Source: an uncultured Nitrospiraceae bacterium
Lineage (GTDB): Bacteria > Nitrospirota > Nitrospiria > Nitrospirales > Nitrospiraceae
Direction: 5' to 3'
DNA: 64,000 bases
Assembly (NCBI GenBank): GCA_963730935.1
Contig: CAVSTP010000004.1
Span: 1,568,001-1,632,000, forward strand
Shown: positions 10,270 through 19,980 of the stretch, piece after piece
Layout of the letters: each line of letters starts with the position of its first letter
Position numbering within the stretch: the first letter of the stretch is position 1
The notes under the pieces: model-generated
Databases searched by the model: none
What the model was told of the DNA's origin: nothing
The model's input: the letters and a program-made list of their open reading frames with translations, nothing else
Position numbers and translations under genes: made by a program

Positions 10270-12225
10270 TTAGTGGCTGCCAGCAGGTTGCGGCGCGCCG
10301 CCGGGAACTCCCACTTTCTCGCCGACCGGCACTTTCTTCGCCGTCAAACTGCCCAACCAGAAGACGAAGAGAATGCTGACCCAGAAGAACAGCACATTAA
10401 ATGAAATCATGTTCGCGGCGAATCCCACCGTGTGCGTATAGGCCCAGGGCGAGTTGTCCCGCATGATCTCATTGACGTGCCAGAACAGCCGGACCGAGGA
10501 GCGGATATACCCCATCAATCCCATCATCCAGGTGAAGGCCGTCGCGAGCATGATCAATGCGTACTGCGAACGAGCGGAAATCTTACCCCACTCGATCGGT
10601 CCCATCTGCTTGGCCCCCTTCATCATCACGCTATTCAGGGCGAACATGAAGAAGAGGCAGGACAGGGTGGTCGCCACTTGGGGAACGGAAAGCCCGACGC
10701 GGACGTTGGCTGGAATGTAATACCCGTAGATCGCCAGCCAGATGATGTTGACATAGGCAAAGAAGAAGAAACAGCCCATGAAGATGTTTCCGAACTTCGC
10801 CCAAGAGACGGTGGAAACCTTGTTCCCACGCATGTACCACACAAAACTCAAAACTGTGGTGGTAATGATGACGTTAATACCGCCGTTCTTGGCGGACATG
10901 ACGCCGTAGTTACCGAGCACCGGATGTTGCTGACCTCCCATCGCCTTCAACTCAGCGGGGGACATGACCATTGTATGCGGAGTGATGAACACCAGAAATC
11001 CGCAGACGAGAAGAAATACGAGGTACTTGATGTACCGCTGATACTTCTCAGCGCCACGCATCCGACCCATTGCCTGCCACAGATAGTAATTGGTGCTCAA
11101 GAAGAGGATGCCGATCATGGTGGCCTGAATGATGAACAGCCAGGCCAGCAGACCGCCCATCAATGTGATGCCCATCTGCTGGCGATACGCATAGACTTCA
11201 CGCATCAGCCAGTACCCAGCGAAGGGTAGCGGAATCAAGAATGCCACACCGAGCGCCATCGCGATATAACCCATCCAATCGTAATGAGCCCGATCTTCCT
11301 CGTTCTTGGCCGCGAGGAACTTATAGGCCGCATAGGCCGCGACGACACCGCCACCGAAGGCCATGTTGCCAAGGATGCGGTGCACGTTGAGCGGGTTCCA
11401 CAAGGCTGTGTGAATCACATGCCAGATATTGCCAAGGAACCGGCCCTGCTCATCGACGCCCGCGGGCGACATCATGAAGCCGATCCAGGAGTTGGCCAAC
11501 ATCATCAACAGGGTTCCGATGACGTTCAGAACCACCGACATGCTCAGATGGATCCACTTGAGGAATCCTTCCTTCATCTTGTCCCAACCGTAATAGTAGA
11601 TGTAGAGGGTGCCGCTCTCGGCTACGAACATCAGCGCATAAATGTGCATCACTGGACGGAAGATGCTGGAAAGATACCCGAAGAAAGCGGGATAGAGCGT
11701 TAGGAAGGTGAAGATCAGGATGCCGCCCAGGATCGCCGTCAACGAATAGGCCGTGAGGCTGATCTTGATGAAATCATAGGCCAACTGATCGTAGCGTTTC
11801 GCGAGTGCTTTGTCTTTACAGACGATCCCCATGAACTCGATCACCATACAGAAGATCGGCACGGCCAGCACGAAGCTGCCGTAGTAGAGGTGCTGCTGGT
11901 TCGCGAACCAGAGCAGCACGCGGCTCTCGAAGTTATACCGCGGATAGTCCCTGGGACCATCCGTGGTCTTCGGCGCCGGCGCACCAACCACAATGCCTTC
12001 GGTTTTGTAATAGACATCGCGTCCCTTCTCGACCTTGTCTCCATCCTTCTTTGCTCCGTCCGCGGCCGCTTCCTCACCGGCTGCCGGCGAGGGAATCGAG
12101 ACGACCACGGGAAGCAGGAGAAGGGTGATCATCGCGCAGAGCGCCATGATTGAAAACACCTTCTTGCCGGTTACAAGACCCATGGGATACCTCCTTGATG
12201 CATTCCGATAAAATCTTTTAAACAT
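10270..12225 (-). CDS. Cytochrome bd-like oxidase subunit I (CydA superfamily, Nitrospira-type), no adjacent CydB; true start may be MGLVTG at 12183
   Basis: QQHLYYGSF, FVAESG, ANSWIGFMMSPAG, NVHRILG CydA-like motifs; many TM helices. Confidence 0.9.
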   Translation of the reverse strand: MFKRFYRNASRRYPMGLVTGKKVFSIMALCAMITLLLLPVVVSIPSPAAGEEAAADGAKKDGDKVEKGRDVYYKTEGIVVGAPAPKTTDGPRDYPRYNFESRVLLWFANQQHLYYGSFVLAVPIFCMVIEFMGIVCKDKALAKRYDQLAYDFIKISLTAYSLTAILGGILIFTFLTLYPAFFGYLSSIFRPVMHIYALMFVAESGTLYIYYYGWDKMKEGFLKWIHLSMSVVLNVIGTLLMMLANSWIGFMMSPAGVDEQGRFLGNIWHVIHTALWNPLNVHRILGNMAFGGGVVAAYAAYKFLAAKNEEDRAHYDWMGYIAMALGVAFLIPLPFAGYWLMREVYAYRQQMGITLMGGLLAWLFIIQATMIGILFLSTNYYLWQAMGRMRGAEKYQRYIKYLVFLLVCGFLVFITPHTMVMSPAELKAMGGQQHPVLGNYGVMSAKNGGINVIITTTVLSFVWYMRGNKVSTVSWAKFGNIFMGCFFFFAYVNIIWLAIYGYYIPANVRVGLSVPQVATTLSCLFFMFALNSVMMKGAKQMGPIEWGKISARSQYALIMLATAFTWMMGLMGYIRSSVRLFWHVNEIMRDNSPWAYTHTVGFAANMISFNVLFFWVSILFVFWLGSLTAKKVPVGEKVGVPGGAPQPAGSH

Positions 12226-12265
12226 GCCTAGTCACTCTTAATGAGGGTACGACTCTCCGCGGCTG

Positions 12266-12388
12266 TTACTTGCGGAACAGGTACCAGTAATCCAACCCTT
12301 GCATATCCATCAGATAGTGATCGACCAGCGTGAAATACGCGACGCAGATCACGGTCGAAATCAGGATATAGAAAATCGTCTGCCCCAT
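12266..12388 (-). CDS. 40-aa single-TM microprotein (MGQTIFYILISTVICVAYFTLVDHYLMDMQGLDYWYLFRK)
   Basis: Manual translation; strong RBS GAGGAGGAG upstream; co-oriented immediately upstream of the bd-like oxidase; below the ORF-track cutoff. Confidence 0.8.
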   Translation of the reverse strand: MGQTIFYILISTVICVAYFTLVDHYLMDMQGLDYWYLFRK

Positions 12389-12451
12389 CTTCAGCTCCTC
12401 CTCAACTCAACGAAAGACGTAAGGTTAATTCACCCATTCCGTGCCCTGGGC

Positions 12452-12577
12452 TCAGCAGGGGCACTGAATGCCGGCAAACCAATAGAAAAACCACAGGCCC
12501 GTCGCAGCGGTGATGTAGAAAATCATTTTTCCGATTTTGACCTTGATCTCACTGTCTGGAGCGGTTGCCGTTGCCAT
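12452..12577 (-). CDS. 41-aa single-TM microprotein ending in CPC (MATATAPDSEIKVKIGKMIFYITAATGLWFFYWFAGIQCPC)
   Basis: Manual translation; strong RBS GGAGAAGGAG upstream; one hydrophobic helix. Confidence 0.8.
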   Translation of the reverse strand: MATATAPDSEIKVKIGKMIFYITAATGLWFFYWFAGIQCPC

Positions 12578-12701
12578 CACTGTCTCCTTCTCCTGGTAGG
12601 GAATAAAAATGCGTGTGATTTACCTCGGCCCGTTTCTTGACACACACGGATCCGTATGTTATTCAAAATTCGTCGTTGGGCGCGTAACCGCAGGGAAAAC
12701 C

Positions 12702-12806
12702 ATGAATAAAAACTCAAAAGTGTTCGACATTATAGTTTTGGCTGGTATGGTTGTCAATATCATTCTGGCCGTGTTTCTGATCCTCTATTACTTCGATTTT
12801 CTCTAG
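12702..12806 (+). CDS. 34-aa hydrophobic microprotein (MNKNSKVFDIIVLAGMVVNIILAVFLILYYFDFL)
   Basis: Single TM helix; fills the gap and stops 2 nt from the convergent gene; TTGACA at 12637-12642 upstream. Confidence 0.55.
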   Translation: MNKNSKVFDIIVLAGMVVNIILAVFLILYYFDFL

Positions 12807-12808
12807 AC

Positions 12809-13709
12809 TTAGCTCAGCTTTTCCCTAGTTCCAGATCCCGCAAAACTGCCCGAAATCGCGCACCGAAATCCGATTGTTTCGTCGCGGAAATCGGGCACCA
12901 TTTTGCTCCGGCTGGTGATACGAATATCACCCCCGCTCGTGGTGTACCCTCCCCCTCTCATGACTCGGTAAGTCCCAAATTCCGGGCTAGGGGGATCCTT
13001 GTCGGGAGACTCCTTGTAATAGGCCTCCTGGTACCAATCACCCACCCATTCCATCACGTTACCGGCGCCATCCATGACTCCGTAAGGGCTCTTATCCGTT
13101 TCAAACGTTCCCACACGTGCGGTGACGTCGTGGCCATCTTGCACCCGAGCCCAGTTGGCTCCGTTCGGCTTTTCCAGATTTCCCCATGGCCACAGCCGGC
13201 CGTCCGTGCCTCGCATGGCCTTCTCCCATTCGGCTTCGGTGGGCAGCCGCTTGCCTTTCCAACGGCAATACTCATTCGCATCATCCCAGGATACATACAC
13301 GACAGGCTGATTCGGTCCCCGCATCTTGCTCGATGCTCTTCGCGTAGCGCGAAGGAGGCGCAGCCTTGCGGTGGCCAGTGGCGAGGACGAATTGCTGGTA
13401 CTGATAGTTGGTGACTTCGAAGCGGTCAATCGAGAACGTGTCGACAGTGATCGTCCGTTGCGGTTGTTCGTCAAACCCGCCGCTCATCGTGCCGCGTAGA
13501 AACGGCCCAGCGGGGATCGTGACCATTTCATCCTGAATCGGTTCTTCCTGTGAGGTGGATTCGGATTCGGAAGGGACGGAACCCTCCGTGGCCGACGGAT
13601 CCTCTTCATAAGGAGTCAGCGTCGTTCCACGAAGGATGCCCATGATGGGGAGAGCAGCAAAGGCGACGACCACGAGGAGAAAGGCGACCTTGAATTTCGT
13701 TTCAAGCAT
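12809..13709 (-). CDS. FGE/SUMF1-sulfatase-domain protein with N-terminal TM (frameshifted near 13330)
   Basis: MVTIPAGPF...FEVTNYQY in one frame continues as PVVYVSW...[11 protein letters not shown]...GNVMEW...GFRCA in another; one extra base. Confidence 0.85.
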
Positions 13710-13718
13710 GGCGTTCCA

Positions 13719-14640
13719 TTAAGACGTCGGCGCGTGGCCTCCAGGCTCGAGGTCGCTGGCACAGCGGATCCCGATCGTAATATCTGTGCGCCAGTGTTTC
13801 GCCGCGAATCGTTTAGATAACCGCGCGTTATGCTCGGTCTCCCGCCACGATCCGCCCCGAACCACGCGCAGATCGCTTTCGCCTTCCGGACCCTTTCGGA
13901 TCACGGTAGGGAGATTTTTTGTAATAGGTTTCGTCGTACGTGTCGTTGACCCACTCGGCGACGTTGCCGGTCATGTCATATAACCCATAGGGACTGCGCC
14001 CGGCATCGAACGAGCCCGGCGGAGCCAGATATTTGTACCCGTCTTCGCTGCCATCGACATTCGCGCCGTTGGTGACGAACTTATCGCCCCAAGGGTACGT
14101 TCGCTTGCCTTCACCGCGTCCGGCCTTTTCCCATTCGGCTTCCGTCGGAAGACGCTTCCCCGCCCAACGGCAGTAGGCCAACGCTTCATCCCATGAGACG
14201 CTCATGGCGGCGAATTCCGGCTTGAGGAGCTTGGACTGATCGTCTTCGAACACTTCAATTCTGGGAGCCTGGCGTTTGGTCATCTTGGCGAACCGCGTGT
14301 ATTCTTCCTGCGTCACTTCTTTCCGATCGAGGAAAAAACCCTTGAGAAACACCTGATGTTCAGGCACCTCATCCGGGTCGCCGTCCTGGCTGCCCATCAT
14401 GAACGGTCCTTCAGGGATTTGAACCATTTCGCGACCTTCATCGCCCATCTTGGTCTTGTACATCGAGTAGTCCTGCGCGGGAACATTGCTGGCTGCAGGT
14501 CGGGCCTCAGTTTTCACCGACTGGGCGAGTTCTTTCATCTTATAGGCTTTGTTCGACTCATAGAGCATCATGACGATCATGAGAATGAAAGACCCGAAGA
14601 CGAAGATGATGGATCCGATCAAGACGCCTTTATTTTCCAT
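13719..14640 (-). CDS. FGE/SUMF1-sulfatase-domain protein with N-terminal TM (frameshifted near 13892)
   Basis: [11 protein letters not shown] and GNVAEW; the C-terminal RVVRGGSW...GIRCA is in a second frame after a GGG run. Confidence 0.85.
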
Positions 14641-14666
14641 AACCGTTTATGCTCCTCGCTGATCGC

Positions 14667-15051
14667 TCATGACGAAGGATCAGCCGTCTCCGATTGGGCC
14701 TTTCTCGCGGCCCGCACGTCCAACAACATAGAAATCTGCACACCGAGAAATCCGCCCATCGCTGCTCCCGCGCCTGCGCCCACCGAGATGCGCTCGGGCC
14801 CTGCCACGACCCATGCCAAGACACCCCCGAGAAGGCTGCCGATCAAAATACTGACGAGGAAGCGCCTCCCCCCGAGAAAGCCGATGACCCCACCCATGCA
14901 CCAGGCCGACGGCGATCGCCACCGGCATGAGGCCGCCGCCCATGATGAGACCGATCAAGCTGCCGACGGTGCCCATGACGGCTAGCCCGAACACAATATC
15001 GAGCCACTTGTGCAGGGGCATGGTTTCGGCTGTCATGACATCCACGCTCAC
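14667..15051 (-). CDS. Small glycine-zipper membrane protein (frameshifted near 14899)
   Basis: Two overlapping Gly-rich hydrophobic ORFs join by removing one base. Confidence 0.65.
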
Positions 15052-15057
15052 AAGCGC

Positions 15058-15705
15058 CTATTTTCCCGACGTCGCCACCATCGGTCCGAAATCGATTTCC
15101 ACACCGGGACCGGCAATGATGGAGATGCCCCAGGCTTTGGCCGCCGGCTCATGCTGGTGGATCCGCTTGAAGTCTTCATAAGCGTTCACTTTTTCTTCCA
15201 CCCATTGGCCGACCTGGGTCGTCCCGCTTTGCACGACGATCTCGGAGCCGCTGAACATGCCGCCTTCGATCACGGTGCCTTCAGGTTTGGTCGCGCTCCA
15301 GATATATTTGGTGAACACCGGGATGAACATGAGGTCGGTATCCAGTGACGCATACACGGCGGCGAGCGGCTCCGTGCCCTCCGATGCCTTGTTCAACCGC
15401 CAGCGCCAGGTCAGGACCGGATAGGCTTTGGGATCCCAATCGATTTTCTTCTTCTTGATCCGTTGTCCGGCATCCTTCGCCGACAAGAAATGTCTTCCGT
15501 TCTCGGATTGAACTTTATACGCTTCACGTCCCTTTGAGTGGCTGCGCTGGCTTTCATGGTCCCAGCTTGCGGGAAACCCATCGGCTTCCTTTGCCTGAAA
15601 GTCTTCCAGAACCAACTGCTGTCCCTGCGCTGAAAGCGACCCAGCCGACAACGCCAAGAGGGCAACCAGTCCCGCGGCCATCATGACATTCCCAATCCTG
15701 CTCAT
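15058..15705 (-). CDS. Secreted DUF3047-like protein
   Basis: Signal peptide from MSRIGNV; YPVLTWRWR, KYIWS, GQWVEEKVN..EDF pattern. Confidence 0.7.
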   Translation of the reverse strand: MSRIGNVMMAAGLVALLALSAGSLSAQGQQLVLEDFQAKEADGFPASWDHESQRSHSKGREAYKVQSENGRHFLSAKDAGQRIKKKKIDWDPKAYPVLTWRWRLNKASEGTEPLAAVYASLDTDLMFIPVFTKYIWSATKPEGTVIEGGMFSGSEIVVQSGTTQVGQWVEEKVNAYEDFKRIHQHEPAAKAWGISIIAGPGVEIDFGPMVATSGK

Positions 15706-15731
15706 GTCTTCAACAATTCCTTTCTGATGCT

Positions 15732-17594
15732 TCACACCTCTTGCGAGGAAGCCGGCGCGAACGTCTGTGAAGGCGTATCGAACAATTCTTCTCCCAGTTC
15801 CTGCTGCTGTCCCCGCTGGCACATCCAAAACAGGGCGAGCACCGCGCTCCAAAACACGACCATGTTGAGCGTCACCATCTTGGCGGCAAACCCAAGTTCC
15901 GGCGTGAAGGCCCAGGGCGAGACGTCGGCCATCACTTCGTTAACGTGCCAGGACAACCGGCCTGATGACCGGATGTATCCCATGAGACCCATCACCCATG
16001 TAAAGGCGCCGGCCAGAGCGAACAGCACCACCATGCCTCGAACCGAAATTTTGCCCCATTGCACGGGCCCGTGTACGAGCGATCCTTTGAGCATGGCACG
16101 ATTGATCGACAGGCTGGCGACGATGACGGTCAGCGTCGTGACCGCTTGCGGCGTCGAGAGGCCCACGCGCAGTTTAGCGGGCAGATAAAAGCCATAGACC
16201 GAAAGCCAGGCCACATTCACCAGTCCCACGGCGAAGAGCGTCCCGATCAGGATGTTGCCGGTCTTGACCCAGGATACGGTCATCGTGCGATTCGCCCGCC
16301 GATAGATAGAGGTAACTCAAGGCCGTGAGGAGAATCATGACGTTAACCGCGCCGTTCTTGGCGGACATGACGCCGTAATTCCCCACCACCGGATGCTGCG
16401 CGCCGCCCATCGCTTTGAGCTCGCCCGGCGGACATCAAGACCGTATGCGGGGTCAACCAAATGAACAGTGCCAGGGTCAAGGCCCCGACCAGGACCTGGT
16501 AATACGATTGATACCGCTCCCCTCCCTTGATCCGCGCCATGCTTTGCCAGATGTAGTAGTTGATGCCGAGCAACAGGGCGCCGATCAGCAGGGCTTGGAC
16601 GACGAAGAGCCATGTCAACAATCCACCCATCATCGTCACGCCCATGCTTTGGCGGAACGCGTACACGGAGCGCATCAGCCAATAGCCGGCGATCGGCATC
16701 GGCAGGAGTGCGCAGACGGTTACGAACAAGAAAATGTAGCCGACCCAATCGAAGTAGGCGCGCTCGCCATCCGTCTTGCTCGTGAAGAAGCGGTAGCAGG
16801 CATAGGCCAGCACGACGGCGCCGCCCGACATGATGTCCGCCAGGAAGCGATGGACGTTCAACGGATTCCAAAGCGCGGAGTGGAGCAGGTGCCAGCCGTT
16901 CCCCAGAAACCGGCCTTGGGCATCGACGCCGGCCGGCGACATCATGAAGGCCGCCCAGGAATTGGCGAGGAGGAGGAGTGCCGTTCCAAAGATGTTAGTC
17001 AGGATGCCGATGGCCGCATGGATCCACTTCAAGCCGGGCTCCGCCATGCGGTTCCAGCTGTAGTAATAGAGAATGAGCAGCAAGGGATTCGCCGACGAAT
17101 ACGATGGCATAGGCCGGCATGAACGCCTTAAACGTTCCCCCCATGTAGTTCATAAAACTGGGATAGAGCCAAAGAAACATCCCGAGCATCAGACTGCCCA
17201 CGACAGCCGTGACGGACAGCGCGAGCAATGCGACTTTCGCCAGGTCTCTGGCCAAACCGTCATAGCGCAGCGACAACCCCGGCTTGTTCGTCAGCAATCC
17301 CAGAAACTCCAGCAGGGCGCAGAAGATCGGCAACGCCAGCACGAAGCCGCCGAAGTAGGTGTGCTGCTGCGTGACAAACCAGACGACGAGACGGCTGTCG
17401 AACGAGCCGATCCGTGAATACACCGTGTCCGTCGGCGACGGCGCGGCAGGACCTTGGGGAGTCCCCGGTACTTGGTAGTACAGATCCGCAGTATCCTCTG
17501 CGTGCACAGGAAGCGGAAGCCCAATACCCGCCACAAGTCCGCAGGCCAACACTGCAAGAAGAAAAGCCGTTGAGAGGCATCTATACGTCGACAT
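15732..17594 (-). CDS. Second cytochrome bd-like oxidase subunit I paralog (three apparent frameshifts near 17085, 16425 and 16305)
   Basis: Four frame segments collinear with 10270-12225 (QQHTYFGGF, ANSWAAFMMSPAG, NVHRFLAD, GNYGVMSAKN, MGYIRSS); no in-frame stops once the indels are corrected. Confidence 0.85.
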
Positions 17595-17601
17595 TATGAT
17601 T

Positions 17602-18646
17602 CTACCCCTTCGAAGCGCCGGCAACAGCAGACCCGGACGACTTGCTCAGAATTCCCATGACAAACGGACACCGGAGCAAGGAGGGGCTCAGGCTGACACC
17701 TTGCCGCTCCTCGACCTGCCGCCGATGGCCTAAGATAGTATCCGTAAAGCGCCATCAAGCCGGCGACCAGCCCGCCACCACCAATGGCGTAGGACGTGGG
17801 GACGCCCGGCTGCTTCAGCAGGAAAATCACGACGCCCGCCAAGACCAGATAATAGGTCGAGGCGAATGCCAAGCCTGGCCACCACCAGTATTTCAGCAGC
17901 TCAGCCGGCTTGGTTTCCATCAATCCATCCAGCCATGAGTCCGACGGTCTCAGACCGCCGAAATAGGCGCAGAGAGCGAGGGCGCCGGCGAACACCGTCA
18001 CGGCCGAGACCTGCACGAGCATCGCGGCCTGCTGATTGTCGAAGACCGCTCCTAATGAGGCGCCCCCGGCGCCGACCATGAGTCCCACCGCAATCCACGG
18101 TCCGACGATCGTCGCGTGGGTGGCCAGCAGGCTCCGCAGGGCAAGGCCGTTCGGAAAGGTGGGACAGGGCCGTCCCATCAAGGCCACCTTGCGCACATAG
18201 CCGATTTCGAACGCGTCACGGGCGACTGCCGTACAGGAAATGATGATGGCCATCATCGCAGGCCCGTCTGGATGTTTCAGATAGTCGTAGCCAACGAGCC
18301 ATAGGAGTGCGAGGACGAGAAGCGACAGCTGCACAGCATAGACAAACCCGATCCATCCGGCCATCCATGTCAGGAGCCTTCTGCCGTCCTCGCGGAAGAG
18401 CTGAGCCCACGCCGTCCCGCGTCCCACTCGGTAGGCCAGCATCGCCGTCAGCAGGCCCACAATGCCACTGATCAGCAGCAGCACCACCGGTTCCGTCAGC
18501 GGCACCAGGTGTTTGGCCACTCGATAAATTCCAAAGGCGACCAGGCCAGGGACGAACATGACCAGGCGCTTCTGCTTCCGGACAGCATCCTCGGTCACAG
18601 CCAGGCTGAGACTAGGAAGAACCCGCAATGCCATTCGATGCAGCAT
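17602..18646 (-). CDS. Multi-pass membrane protein of unknown function (frameshift near 17731; corrected C-terminus ...LLRCPFVMGIL...KG*)
   Basis: About 9 hydrophobic segments; the corrected stop falls just before the start of the second bd-like gene. Confidence 0.7.
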
Positions 18647-18748
18647 ATCTCTATTTCGTTCCCCTCAATGAAGGGCAGGCGTCGCATCAATGGGGTCCAT
18701 ACACCGGGCGAGGTGCGAGGAGGAGCACTGATCGACGACAGGTTCCGC

Positions 18749-19240
18749 TCAGCCCTTTGCGCCCAACCCGAAATATTTTGCCTTCACTTCTTCCATCAAC
18801 GCAACTGTAATCCGACCAGCGCCGCGGTCTGCCGCCGTACGCTCAAACTCGATTTTCGCCATGGCCCGCACCGGAGCGGGCACATTGTTTAACCGGCATT
18901 CCGCGTCCGGGTCCCATTCAATCCGCGCACTGCTTCGCGGCCGCAGCAGACCGTCGTAGGTCGCCACCCGTTCTCCGCGTGCGCGCAAATCCTGCTCGAT
19001 CTCGTCCTGGAACAGCGGAGCCAGATAGGGCGGCATCCGCTCCAACCGATGCAGCGCGTCGTCGGTCCACATCATACGATCGACGAGTCCGTTCATCTGT
19101 CCTGCCGGCACGTCAACGCCGATTTTCAGGCCGCATCCCCGGCATTCGGAGCGGATGAACCATTGTTGCGAGCCGTCTTCGCAGGTCCGTTCTTCGATCC
19201 CTTCCGTATGCATCCAGCGCCCGCACCCACAGGTCAACAT
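18749..19240 (-). CDS. Zn-ribbon plus tandem PCP_red (BchB C-terminal-like) domain protein
   Basis: CGC...CRGC at the N-terminus; two repeats, WTDDALHRLERMPPY and WDPDAECRLNNVPAPVR. Confidence 0.75.
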   Translation of the reverse strand: MLTCGCGRWMHTEGIEERTCEDGSQQWFIRSECRGCGLKIGVDVPAGQMNGLVDRMMWTDDALHRLERMPPYLAPLFQDEIEQDLRARGERVATYDGLLRPRSSARIEWDPDAECRLNNVPAPVRAMAKIEFERTAADRGAGRITVALMEEVKAKYFGLGAKG

Positions 19241-19250
19241 GGTCGCACGG

Positions 19251-19972
19251 TCATCCGATCTTGCCTGGATACAAGATGTAGAGCATCGTGTACGTCGTCG
19301 TGCCGGTCACAAAGAGGACGCAATAGATGATCATCGTGAAGCGTCCGAGCGCTCGATGGCGTTGCCCGCCGTCCGGCCAAATACGCTGGATCGTCATTTC
19401 CACTGCAAACACAACCGCGATCAGCGCCAGAAGTCCGACCCACACTACGAGTCTTCCCATCCGAAAACGATCTGCTGCCACGAGGTACGACCAAGTACAA
19501 CGCGACCAGCGGCACAGAGCATCCCGAAGATCATACCGACTCTTCCCCACGTCGTCTGAAGGAGCGGCTCGCTGAGGATCCGTCGTCCCTTGCTCGATCA
19601 CCTGGGCGCGAAACCCCAGCACGATCATGTAGACCGCCATGACCAATCCAATAATCACCAGAATGATATGAACAAGTGAGAGCGGGATAAACACATAGTC
19701 GTAGAGGCTTGCGATCCGCCGAATCCTTCTTTTCCTTCAAAGGCCAGCACGCCTAATTGCCGGAAGAGATAGTAGCTCACGAAGAACCCCAGCATGGCCA
19801 CCATGCCGCCCAACATCAGCCAGTGATGGGCATCCGCCTGGCCGCTTCCGCGCCTTGAATCCAGCCGATCACGAAGAGCCCGGTAAAGAACGTCGCCATG
19901 AGCTGGCTGAGATCGGCCCCGACCGTGGCGTGAGTTCCAAAAAATCCCGGGTTCTCTTAACCAGTCCATCAT
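19251..19972 (-). CDS. DUF420-family membrane protein (several frameshifts)
   Basis: Frame mosaic MMDWLREPG / HHWLMLGG / VHIILVIIGL / HRALGRFTMIIYCVLFVTGTTTYTMLY, typical of DUF420. Confidence 0.7.
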
Positions 19973-19980
19973 GATGTCCG

